DNA of 50,114 nt from a virus. The notes below the pieces were generated by a model. The model ran no database searches, had not been told where the DNA came from, and was given only the letters and a program-made list of their open reading frames with translations. Below are positions 41,683 to 50,010 of the stretch, piece after piece. The DNA is taken from IMG/VR virus record IMGVR_UViG_3300015195_000002, positions 1-50,114 of that record; one strand, 5' to 3'. The translations under genes were made by a program, and so were the position numbers. Numbering within the stretch: the first letter of the stretch is position 1; each line of letters starts with the position of its first letter.

Positions 41683-43128
41683 TTATCCCACAAGACCGAA
41701 CCCCTGCATGTCGGCCAGCAATGTGCCCACGACCTGAGCCAATTGCGCGAGAGTCACCGTCGTCGTATCAAAGCTCCGGTTGCTCACCGGGTTAGTGATC
41801 GTGTAAGCGGCCGGCCGCGCTTGCGCCGCATGGCCCAGGAAGCCGATCATCGCGGCCGTGCCGCTCGCTTCGATGCGGAGACATTCCCGGTCGGCCGCAA
41901 AATCGGAGGCGAAAAGCGTGTAGCGCGCCGTGCGGGTGGCGTCGGTCGCCACAATCCACTGGGTTTGCATCTGCGCCGCGTTGCGGTTGATCGTCGTCGA
42001 GGATTGGAGCTGCACGCCGAGCGAGCTGCCATAACCAGCGGCGGGCGTGCCGGAGGTATTGTGCCGCCAGACCTTGGTCGGCGTGATCGTGTTCGTCGCC
42101 GTGTCGAGCGACGTGAAGAACCACTGGCCGGCTGACGCCCTCCCGGTCATCAGGTCGGGAGCGGTATTCAACGCGGCCCAGCTCATTGCGCCGTTGGTGT
42201 CAATCTGAAAGGTGGGGAGCGTGAAGGTGTTCACGGCATTAGCCCCGTAGCTGGAAAAGGCGCGATAGTTGGCCGCTAGCGGCCAACTAGGAGTGGCTGA
42301 AAAAGCGTCAGAGTTGGGGTCCGTCCCCCCGCTGCCCTGAAAGGTGCTATTGACACCCGATCCAAAAATCCAGTGAAACGTTGTGTCGGTGATCGAGTTG
42401 CCGCTGGCAGCGCTGGTGATCTTAGGAACGATGATGCCACCGGAGCTGGGAAAATAGATACTGTTGCCCGTGTAAGGCTGTATCGAGGCCGTAGTACCGT
42501 TCCCCACGTCATTCAGGACAATCGCCGGGCCTGTGCCGCTATAGGAGTTGATCGTCAGCTTCGCGACATTTGGATAGACACCGCCCAGGGTCATGCTGCC
42601 ATCGGGCGCCCAGCGACCGAGCAGCGTACTATCCGATTTCTGCACCTCGATGAAGTTCGCACTCTGCGTGGCTGAGAAGCCGCGCAGCACCAGCCCCTTA
42701 TTCGTATCCGCCGTGGGGACGATCAGGTTCCGGTTGACGGAGCTCGGCGCGAGCGTCACATCGCCGGAAAGCGTGGTCGGCAGCGTAGCCCAGAGCGGGT
42801 TAGCGGCCGCGCCGCCTGAGGTCAGATATTGCCCACTCGTGCCCGCTGCCAGGGCGTTGAAGGCACTGGCGCCCCGGTAGAGGACCGCACCCTGCGCGAC
42901 GCCGGGGACACTGACATCGGCAAGGCCCGCAAACGTCGAGGATAGCGTCGTCCAGGAGGGATTAGCGGCAGCGCCGCCCGAGGTTAAGACCTGCCCATTC
43001 GTTCCGGCGGCGAGGCTGTTCCATTTGGTCGCGCCGCGATAAAAGACAGCGCCCTGCGCCGGGCTTCCCACAGCCACGTCAACACTTAAATCATTGAGCG
43101 CGGCAGGAACGAAGACTGCTCCCGGCAC
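41683..43128 (-). CDS. Tail-fibre-like protein (GTG start) with a duplicated N-terminal repeat
   Basis: QGAVFYRGATKWNSLAAGTNGQVLTSGGAAANPSW and QGAVLYRGASAFNALAAGTSGQYLTSGGAAANPLW. C-terminal LAQVVGTLLADMQGFGLVG matches the other fibres. Confidence 0.55.
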   Translation of the reverse strand: MPGAVFVPAALNDLSVDVAVGSPAQGAVFYRGATKWNSLAAGTNGQVLTSGGAAANPSWTTLSSTFAGLADVSVPGVAQGAVLYRGASAFNALAAGTSGQYLTSGGAAANPLWATLPTTLSGDVTLAPSSVNRNLIVPTADTNKGLVLRGFSATQSANFIEVQKSDSTLLGRWAPDGSMTLGGVYPNVAKLTINSYSGTGPAIVLNDVGNGTTASIQPYTGNSIYFPSSGGIIVPKITSAASGNSITDTTFHWIFGSGVNSTFQGSGGTDPNSDAFSATPSWPLAANYRAFSSYGANAVNTFTLPTFQIDTNGAMSWAALNTAPDLMTGRASAGQWFFTSLDTATNTITPTKVWRHNTSGTPAAGYGSSLGVQLQSSTTINRNAAQMQTQWIVATDATRTARYTLFASDFAADRECLRIEASGTAAMIGFLGHAAQARPAAYTITNPVSNRSFDTTTVTLAQLAQVVGTLLADMQGFGLVG

Positions 43129-43129
43129 G

Positions 43130-43285
43130 CTACTTCGCTCCCTGCGGCGCTCTGTCTTTGAGCAGGGCTTCGTGGGCCGCTTCCGCCATCAGCAGATTGA
43201 CGCGAGCGTTCTCGACTTTGGCTTCCGACTGGACGAGCAGCTCCTCGCGCATCTGCTTCTTCTGCTCGGGCGTGAGGCTGCTCAC
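43130..43285 (-). CDS. Hypothetical small coiled-coil protein (51 aa, GTG start)
   Basis: Track ORF 43130..43366. GTGA overlap at 43285. Confidence 0.35.
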   Translation of the reverse strand: MSSLTPEQKKQMREELLVQSEAKVENARVNLLMAEAAHEALLKDRAPQGAK

Positions 43286-43611
43286 GGGCTGCCCGCCAGC
43301 GCCACCAGGCACGCCCCAGAGGTGAACGCGCTGCAGCGCGCCCGGACGGCGGTCAAGCCGGCGCAAGTGACGAGCCGGCGGCCGGCGGCAGTGAGGGAGT
43401 TCGTCGCGGTGACCCCGGCCACGTCCGTGCAGTTCGCGGCGAACCAGGTCGCGCCGTCGATGGTGCCCTCGAACAGCACCGTGCCAGTGAACGCGGTAGG
43501 CACCGTCAGCTCGGCGCCTACCGTCCGCGAGCGGCCGGTGTCGAGCCGGATGGCGAGCGCGCCCGCCGCGTCGAGGGCGGCCAGCGACCCGCCGGTGGAG
43601 TTGTCAGCCAT
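43282..43611 (-). CDS. Hypothetical protein (109 aa)
   Basis: Track ORF 43282..43650. ATG 43611 (MADNSTGG) makes a TGATG overlap. Confidence 0.45.
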   Translation of the reverse strand: MADNSTGGSLAALDAAGALAIRLDTGRSRTVGAELTVPTAFTGTVLFEGTIDGATWFAANCTDVAGVTATNSLTAAGRRLVTCAGLTAVRARCSAFTSGACLVALAGSP

Positions 43612-43757
43612 CAGCAGAGCCTCGCTATCGCCAGCCCGCCTATTAAGCAAGCTTCAAGCAGCGGTAGATGGCCGATAATGAGCAGCACAATGACCAGTAC
43701 CAGGACGACGAGAGCGATCAGCGATCCGATGGAGAACGGGGGAAAGGAAACATTCAC
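43611..43757 (-). CDS. Small single-pass membrane protein (48 aa, GTG start, below track cut-off)
   Basis: Hand translation VNVSFPPFSIGSLIALVVLVLVIVLLIIGHLPLLEACLIGGLAIARLC. SD AGGAGGGTGCGCC upstream. Confidence 0.45.
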   Translation of the reverse strand: MNVSFPPFSIGSLIALVVLVLVIVLLIIGHLPLLEACLIGGLAIARLC

Positions 43758-43806
43758 GGCGCACCCTCCTGTTTGCGCCGAAAATAACCGAAAAATGAGG
43801 AAACTG

Positions 43807-44079
43807 TCAACCCCTGGTGGCTTCCGCCCATTCCCGGTGAGCGCGGGTATCCTCGAACCAGTTGCCGCCGCGCTGATAGGTCTCGCTGATATTGTCGAGC
43901 ACGAGCTTTAGAGCCTCAAGCCGCGTCGCTCTCGGATTGCTGACGCAGAGCGCGCCCCACTGGAAGAGGGTAAACAGTTCGATGGCCTCGGGCAGCTCCG
44001 CGTCGGATCGATCGAACAACCAGCGCAACCACCAGAAGGTGACGCTCTCGCCCGGCGGCACTTCGGGGAGGGCGATCAT
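43807..44079 (-). CDS. Hypothetical protein (90 aa)
   Basis: Track ORF; ATGA coupling. Confidence 0.45.
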   Translation of the reverse strand: MIALPEVPPGESVTFWWLRWLFDRSDAELPEAIELFTLFQWGALCVSNPRATRLEALKLVLDNISETYQRGGNWFEDTRAHREWAEATRG

Positions 44080-44270
44080 TCGCCGTTATCAGGAGCCCCG
44101 CCATTCCTGCGGACCACGTCCCTCACGCATCCCCTCACTCGCGCCCCGGCCTGCTCCTGCGTCTCGCCCCGGCGCGGGGTGAATTCCGTGGGACCGTTCC
44201 CAGTCTTCATCGGTTGGCCTACCGGGCCACCGGGGCGGCCCAGCTCACGCGGTCGGTTCATATCAGCCAT
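44076..44270 (-). CDS. Hypothetical protein (64 aa)
   Basis: Track ORF. Confidence 0.4.
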   Translation of the reverse strand: MADMNRPRELGRPGGPVGQPMKTGNGPTEFTPRRGETQEQAGARVRGCVRDVVRRNGGAPDNGE

Positions 44271-44652
44271 GGTTCTTCTCCTGTTTCTTTAGCGACTCCA
44301 CCTCGGCAGCGAATAGAGCATGGATGTCTTCCAAAGAGCCCCGTACCTTGTCAGTGCCGATGATCCGTTCTTCGTAGTGGCCCCAATGGTCCCGGAATGG
44401 GCCGTCATCCCTATTGTCCGCCTTCGGTGGTACGAAGTAGCGGTGAACCCGCCCCTCGGCTCGCGCCTGTTCCCAGAGGGCCGCTTCTGCCTGCCACGCC
44501 TCGCGATCGGCGACCTGCTCCGGGTGCGCCGCATCCCACTCCTGCTGTTCGCGCTCCATCACCTCCGTCGTCTGGGTGAGAACGCGGATCGCCAGATCAG
44601 CCTGCTGCTCAGCGACCTGGCGGCCGAGCTTGGCGAAATCGAAGCGTCTCAT
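44263..44652 (-). CDS. Hypothetical protein (129 aa)
   Basis: Track ORF; ATGA coupling at 44652. Confidence 0.5.
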   Translation of the reverse strand: MRRFDFAKLGRQVAEQQADLAIRVLTQTTEVMEREQQEWDAAHPEQVADREAWQAEAALWEQARAEGRVHRYFVPPKADNRDDGPFRDHWGHYEERIIGTDKVRGSLEDIHALFAAEVESLKKQEKNHG

Positions 44653-44849
44653 CCCCGGCGCTTCGCTTCAGCGGCCAGTTGTGCCTGCGCCACCCGCTTG
44701 AGCGCCTTCAGCTCGCCGATCGTCAGCGCCACGTGGTTGTCCTCATACCACCGGCCGAAGGCGAGCGCCTCCGTCTCGTCAGTGATCGGCGGATTGCGAA
44801 GCGCCAGGAGCAGCGGCCCCGGCTCAATTTCCCGTTCAGTCTCAGCCAT
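44649..44849 (-). CDS. Hypothetical protein (66 aa)
   Basis: Track ORF; SD GAGAGAGAAGGAACAGAGCC upstream. Confidence 0.5.
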   Translation of the reverse strand: MAETEREIEPGPLLLALRNPPITDETEALAFGRWYEDNHVALTIGELKALKRVAQAQLAAEAKRRG

Positions 44850-44887
44850 GGCTCTGTTCCTTCTCTCTCGCCGCCTTCAGCAGCGCT

Positions 44888-45433
44888 TCACCCAGCGGCC
44901 CGGCCATGGTCTTTCTCCTGATTCACTGCCTCTAAAATAGCCCGCTCTTCTTTTCCAGCGACTTCTATCCACTTTTGAACCCGCTCCACTTGATCCTCGG
45001 CTGCGCGGAGGAGTCGCATGTAGTTCGTCACCACCTCTCGCGCCCGGTCGAGGTTGGCCTCTTCCTGCCGCTGGATCAGCGCCACCGCTTGATAACAGAG
45101 AGCGCGCAGATCGTCAGGAACCGCCGCCCAAGCCACAGGCGTTCTGTCGACCTCATAACGACGGGCTTGATCGCTCGGATCGCGCTCGGCGTGGTAGGAA
45201 CAAAGCAGGGCAGCGCCATGGGGATACAAGGCAATCTTCGTCGGCAGACCGGCACAGCGGCCAAAGTCGTCATAAGCGCGGCAGAACGGCTCCGAAAGCG
45301 GCCCCTCGGCAACAGCGGGCCGACCGAACGGCGCATCTTTCCAGGGTTGATAGCCTGTATCCACCTCATAGCGAGCAGAGCCGCCTCCGGGAGGCAGCTT
45401 GACCCGTCGAACGTCCCTTTTCTTATCGCTCAA
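44888..45433 (-). CDS. Hypothetical protein (181 aa) downstream of the portal
   Basis: Track ORF; ATGA overlap with the portal stop. Confidence 0.5.
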   Translation of the reverse strand: MSDKKRDVRRVKLPPGGGSARYEVDTGYQPWKDAPFGRPAVAEGPLSEPFCRAYDDFGRCAGLPTKIALYPHGAALLCSYHAERDPSDQARRYEVDRTPVAWAAVPDDLRALCYQAVALIQRQEEANLDRAREVVTNYMRLLRAAEDQVERVQKWIEVAGKEERAILEAVNQEKDHGRAAG

Positions 45434-47010
45434 TATTGGCCATTCCCATTCCCCGCCAACGTCTTCATCTTGGCATCCCAGAAGGCCTGTGCCTTTCCAT
45501 CAGCAACGCTCTCATCTCCCGGCGAATCGACTCCTAGCTCGGCAACCATCTCCTCCACCGTCAGCCCGTCACCGAACAGTTTCATCCCGCGCGTGCTCTC
45601 CTCGCGGGGATTCGTGCCGCCCGGCGCTCCTCCACCGGGCGGCTGTCCGCGCATCTGGGCAACCTGGATCGGCTCCGGCGGCGGCATCTCAGCCTCCAGC
45701 TTCGGCATGCCTTCCTGACCATCCAAGAGCGCGCGCACGTCTTTCGGCTCGACGCCCAGCATGTCGTCCCTGAACTCAATCGCCATTTCCTCGAGGGAAT
45801 TGATCCCCAGGCGCACCTTGTCCTGCCAGTTGGTCAGTTTCACCTGCTCGGCCTGCGCCGTCACCCACTCGGAGCGTGCCGTGTCGAATTCATCCTGAAG
45901 TGAAACTTTTGGCCAGTGTAGGGTGAACGGACCACTTCTGCCGACCAGCCGCTGGCGCAACGAGATCAACTGCCGCAAGCCCGGCTCGACCATGAATCGG
46001 CCCGCCTCGATCACCTCCGTCAAGAGCTTCGCCTGCGCCGTGCTCATCCGCTCCGTGCTGCTCCACGAGAGGCCGAGCATGAACGGCGGGATACCCGTCT
46101 TCGCGAGAATCTGCTGCGCGAACTCTTTGGCGGTCTCACTGAACTCGAGTACCTGGTCGCCGCCCATGCCCATCGCCGCGACGGTGATCTTTCCCGCCGT
46201 CCAGAAGTGGCGCACCTTCCCATTGGCGCGGTCCACGTCGGCCTGATACAACTCCGTCTTCATCGGCGCGAGGATGTTCGAGGAGAGATCGCCGGTAGGA
46301 TCGTTCCAGTTCTCCGGCGGCTCCCAATTGACGTGATAGTTCGGCACGCCGAACCGCTCCCACTGCTGGCGCATCGAATCGAACATCCGGATGAGGATCT
46401 GCGTCACGAACGGCAGGGAGGCGATCAGGGAATTACCGTTGGGGTCGTCTCCCCGGAAGTCATGGACGCTCGTAATCAGGAGTTCAGGCACGAGAGTAAC
46501 AGGCACTCCGCCCCCGTACTGATACTGCACCACGTCGAGCGCAAATCCGGGCATGGTGGGTCGGAAGGCACATGTGGGCGTGAACACGTCAACAAGACCG
46601 AAGACGTCGCGCCGGTCAGCAGTGAGCAGGATTTCGGCGTGGTCTCGTCCGTAGGTGTAGGCATTGTCGAGATGGCTCCGGAGCCAGGTATTCGCGCCCT
46701 GCTGCACGCGGTTGACCGGCAGGTCGCGCAGGAAGTTGTCGATGTCTCGCTTCAACCGCGGCGCCGCCTCGATCTCCGGGAAGCCGATCAGGTCCTTCAT
46801 CCGCAAAATCGCCGCGTCGATCAGCGGGATCGAGGCGCGCAGCTGGGCGTTCAGCCCGTAATCCTCGCGGATGGGGACGTGCCAGAAATTTCCAAGACGC
46901 GCCGCAATGCCCGCCAGATCATAGGAGGGCCGCGCGCCACCCGGTTGGACCGGGCCGAAGGCAGGCGTCGGCGGCGCACTGGCGGGCGCGACCGGCAGCG
47001 GATACGGCAT
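45430..47010 (-). CDS. Portal protein
   Basis: 526 aa, first large ORF after terL. Size and position are typical; weak SD. Confidence 0.6.
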   Translation of the reverse strand: MPYPLPVAPASAPPTPAFGPVQPGGARPSYDLAGIAARLGNFWHVPIREDYGLNAQLRASIPLIDAAILRMKDLIGFPEIEAAPRLKRDIDNFLRDLPVNRVQQGANTWLRSHLDNAYTYGRDHAEILLTADRRDVFGLVDVFTPTCAFRPTMPGFALDVVQYQYGGGVPVTLVPELLITSVHDFRGDDPNGNSLIASLPFVTQILIRMFDSMRQQWERFGVPNYHVNWEPPENWNDPTGDLSSNILAPMKTELYQADVDRANGKVRHFWTAGKITVAAMGMGGDQVLEFSETAKEFAQQILAKTGIPPFMLGLSWSSTERMSTAQAKLLTEVIEAGRFMVEPGLRQLISLRQRLVGRSGPFTLHWPKVSLQDEFDTARSEWVTAQAEQVKLTNWQDKVRLGINSLEEMAIEFRDDMLGVEPKDVRALLDGQEGMPKLEAEMPPPEPIQVAQMRGQPPGGGAPGGTNPREESTRGMKLFGDGLTVEEMVAELGVDSPGDESVADGKAQAFWDAKMKTLAGNGNGQY

Positions 47011-47166
47011 GCCGATGCCGGTAGAGGTCCCGGAGGACTGATATGGATTGCCGCGCCCCGCTCGGCTGCCCCGCGCACTGCCGGAGCCATACTGATAGCT
47101 GGCTATGTCACACCTCTTCCAGAAAGGCTCGCAATCGGAACTTCGCTTCGAGATCAGCGGCTCGGC

Positions 47167-47370
47167 TCATCCGCCTCTCCCCTCCGCTTCCCGGAACTCC
47201 CGCAGGCGCGTCAGCCACTCCTCGGCGCGCCCCACCAGGAGGTTCAGCGCGTGGGCGCTCACCATCGGCTCCTTGACCTCCATCGCCAGGCGCAGGAGGT
47301 CGCGGGCATCATCCATCCGCTTCTCGGCCACTGACAGACTCTCGCCGGCTCCTTCGGGCTTGTTCACCAC
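47167..47370 (-). CDS. Hypothetical protein (67 aa)
   Basis: Track ORF. Confidence 0.4.
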   Translation of the reverse strand: MVNKPEGAGESLSVAEKRMDDARDLLRLAMEVKEPMVSAHALNLLVGRAEEWLTRLREFREAEGRGG

Positions 47371-47576
47371 TCACTCACTTTCACCAGCTCGCGTGTCTCC
47401 AGGTTGTACTCTAGCATCGGCTTCGCATGCCCGCAGAAGAGACAAAGCACGTAGGACACGAGTCGCTCTCCCTCCACTCGCCGAGCATACCGGGTCTCCC
47501 CACCACAGGGGACGAAGCCACCATCGCGCCAGACCTCATTCTCGCAGAACCGGCCACGGAGGTGTTCATGGATCAC
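47364..47576 (-). CDS. Small zinc-ribbon protein (70 aa)
   Basis: FCENEV...VPCGGE...CLFCGH. Confidence 0.45.
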   Translation of the reverse strand: MIHEHLRGRFCENEVWRDGGFVPCGGETRYARRVEGERLVSYVLCLFCGHAKPMLEYNLETRELVKVSEW

Positions 47577-47585
47577 GAGAGCGCC

Positions 47586-47786
47586 TCATGGCCGAGGCGG
47601 TCCCGGCTGCGGATCAAGCGGCGCCACCTGCAGCGTGGACGCATGGCCGAAGTAGCCGGCCACCTCCAGGGCAATCCCCGCTCCCTCAGCGTCGATGCCA
47701 TGCAAGAGCTCCGCTGCCTTTCGCAGAATAGCCGCGACCTTGTCCGCCTTGTCGCGAGAAATCGATGCGTACTGCGGTCCTGCCAT
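47586..47786 (-). CDS. Hypothetical protein (66 aa)
   Basis: Strong SD GAAGGAGGAGCGCGC before the ATG. The overlapping 110-aa ORF 47573..47905 is Arg-rich and looks spurious. Confidence 0.5.
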   Translation of the reverse strand: MAGPQYASISRDKADKVAAILRKAAELLHGIDAEGAGIALEVAGYFGHASTLQVAPLDPQPGPPRP

Positions 47787-48158
47787 GCGCGCTCCTCCTT
47801 CACAAACAAACCTTTCTTATTCCACGCCAAGGAAGCCCCCGGCTTCAGCCGTGGGGAGGAATTGACCCCTCGGATAACGAATATACTCATGCGCTCGGGC
47901 GGCACTGACTATGAAGGCACTCCGCATGCGGAGCCCCGGCTCTAACTACAGCGCCGACTACTATCGGGGCCGCAAGGCTCCCAGGCAGGTGACAAGCCTA
48001 CTGCCTGTCCACGACCGGGCGGGTCGCCTCCAGGCAGGACCTGGACACGGGTGGCGCCGTGCGTAAGCCGGCCAACGACGCCGACGCAGTGGGATCGGCA
48101 AGTCCCCAGACCCTGCGCAGGCGGGCTCAATGCCCCCTGCTTTAGCAGCGGGGATAGC

Positions 48159-49721
48159 TTACCACAGCCTCTTCGGCGTAAACACCGGCGCCGGTCCGCT
48201 CACTGGGATATAGCTCGGCCCCCCGAAGGCAAACGCCAACATCAGCGCATCCGCCCGGTCGGGAGACTGCCAACGCCCCGAAGCCGGCCGCCGCTTCCGG
48301 AGCTCATCCTTGCTCTCCAGCTTGATCTGCCCGCGCGGCGTGAACCCGTACTTGAGCTGCGTCAACTGGTCGAGGAGCAGCGTGTCGTCTTTCGGAATGC
48401 TGATGTCGCCGGTGCGGAACCGCTCTCTTAAGCCCCAGTACCACTCACTCCGCTTGAGGTAGTACTTCTCCGCGTCCTGCGCCGTCTCGCCCACGTTCAG
48501 CCCACTAACCGTGACGCCGGGCTCTCGGCGGAAGGTGTCTCGGAGGGAGTCGGTGACGCCGCCGCCGACGCCGATGTCGTCCACCTTAATTGTTGCCGCT
48601 CCCACTCGTCGAGCCATGGCTGCAATGCGGCCGGCAGAGGCCATGAGATCACTGCCGCGCCAGTATTCTGCGCCCACGACCATACTCCCGCAACGCGCAT
48701 AAGCGACAGATTCGTCAGCCCCAAACCGCGCAATATCAACGCCGATCTCGACGGGTGCCCCGCGATCGCTCCCGTGATTCGCAATATCTCGTGGGGGTAA
48801 GTCAATTCCTCGTCCGGCACTTCCCTGATCTTGTCCATCGCCGCCCCTCGCCTGCGCGTCTTCTGCCCACTTCAAAGAAATCAGCACGTCCGGCCCGGCC
48901 GGCGGGAACTCCCCGAGCACCCGGACCTGATAGATCGGGCTCTCCTCGCCCCAGTCCCGCTGCATGTCCGCAATCCACGAGCGCCGGATGATCGTCTCCG
49001 GCGTCTCGAGGGCCGAGATGTGGAACCGCTGCTCACGCGGCCAGGTGCGATGACTTTCATAGAACGTGCCCGACGCCTGGTTCGGATTGCCGATCAGGAA
49101 CATCTTCGCCCCTTCCTCGGTCATCGTCCCTTCCATCGCCGCGAACAGCCACTCTGCCAAACCCGACGCCTCATCGCCCACCATCAGCACGCCGTGCGGG
49201 GAGTGCGGCCCCTGGAACTTCACCTCTTCGTCCGTGCTCATTCCCATCGCGTACCAGCCGGTCCCGCATTCGAGCTGCGTCGTCTGGCACGTCCCCGGCA
49301 GCTTCACCTTCGCCTCGGCAAAGGCCGAGCGCAGCCGCCGCCAGAGCAAGTCTTTCACCTGCCGGCCCGTGGGCGCCGTGGTAATGACGATGGAGCCGGG
49401 CCGCGTCAACAGGAACCAGAGGGACGCCCAGGAGGCCACCAGGGTCTTCCCCACGCCGTTCGCACTCCGCACCGTCACCCGGTCAAACCTGGCCAGCGCC
49501 TCGAGGATCGCGACCTGCCGCTCCCACGGCTCGACACCGAGGATATCGCGGCAGAAGCCCACCGGATCATTCCGATAGGCTGTCAGGTCCGGCGTCGTCG
49601 CCTTCGCTGTCTCCTGCCAATTGATTCCCCGCCGGGCCAGCTCCTGCCGCGCCTGCTCCTGCAAGCGCGCGAAGCTGCTCGACGGAGAGGAGCCGGACAT
49701 TGATTTCGTCGCCCCACTCAT
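48159..49721 (-). CDS. terL: Terminase large subunit
   Basis: Track ORF 48159..49751 (GTG). Walker A RSANGVGKTLVASW. The ATG at 49721 has SD GGAGGCGCG. By my hand count the terL frame keeps the higher GC3 in the overlap with terS. Confidence 0.75.
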   Translation of the reverse strand: MSGATKSMSGSSPSSSFARLQEQARQELARRGINWQETAKATTPDLTAYRNDPVGFCRDILGVEPWERQVAILEALARFDRVTVRSANGVGKTLVASWASLWFLLTRPGSIVITTAPTGRQVKDLLWRRLRSAFAEAKVKLPGTCQTTQLECGTGWYAMGMSTDEEVKFQGPHSPHGVLMVGDEASGLAEWLFAAMEGTMTEEGAKMFLIGNPNQASGTFYESHRTWPREQRFHISALETPETIIRRSWIADMQRDWGEESPIYQVRVLGEFPPAGPDVLISLKWAEDAQARGGDGQDQGSAGRGIDLPPRDIANHGSDRGAPVEIGVDIARFGADESVAYARCGSMVVGAEYWRGSDLMASAGRIAAMARRVGAATIKVDDIGVGGGVTDSLRDTFRREPGVTVSGLNVGETAQDAEKYYLKRSEWYWGLRERFRTGDISIPKDDTLLLDQLTQLKYGFTPRGQIKLESKDELRKRRPASGRWQSPDRADALMLAFAFGGPSYIPVSGPAPVFTPKRLW

Positions 49722-50010
49722 CGCGCCTCCGCTTAGAGAGCCACTTGTCACCCGCTCGCCAGTCGCCCTTTCGAGCCGCGTTGACGATGGACGTGGCGCA
49801 GATCACCTCGGGATTGGACTCGGCTTCATAGACCGCATCGGAAAACGTCGGATCATTCAGCCAGTCGTAGAAGGTGTCCGGATTCACGCCCGCATAAGCA
49901 GCGGAGGCCCGGCGCGTGTTCCCCGCCTTCAGTGCCTGGATGATCTTCTCCCGCTTGGCCTGCCGTGCATGGCCCTCGGTGCGACGTCGCTGCTGCCCTG
50001 CCACTGCCAT
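49567..50010 (-). CDS. terS: Terminase small subunit (HTH-type)
   Basis: IIQALKAGNTRRASAAYAGVNPDTFYDWL (HTH). Immediately upstream of terL. The start lies in the terminal repeat. Confidence 0.6.
   Translation of the reverse strand: MAVAGQQRRRTEGHARQAKREKIIQALKAGNTRRASAAYAGVNPDTFYDWLNDPTFSDAVYEAESNPEVICATSIVNAARKGDWRAGDKWLSKRRRDEWGDEINVRLLSVEQLRALAGAGAAGAGPAGNQLAGDSEGDDAGPDSLSE

Noticed and set aside
47011-47166. Open in-frame Gly/Ser-rich extension upstream of the portal ATG, and a 20-codon ORF coupled to 47167
   Set aside because: The portal-frame extension has no ATG, GTG or TTG start. The 20-codon ORF is too short to support. This stretch is left as non-coding.
47573-48130. Track ORFs 47573..47905 (-) and 47942..48130 (-) in the post-terL region
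   Set aside because: They have Arg/Gly/Pro-rich composition and no SD. The first overlaps the better-supported 47586..47786 ORF in another frame. The region is treated as non-coding and structured.
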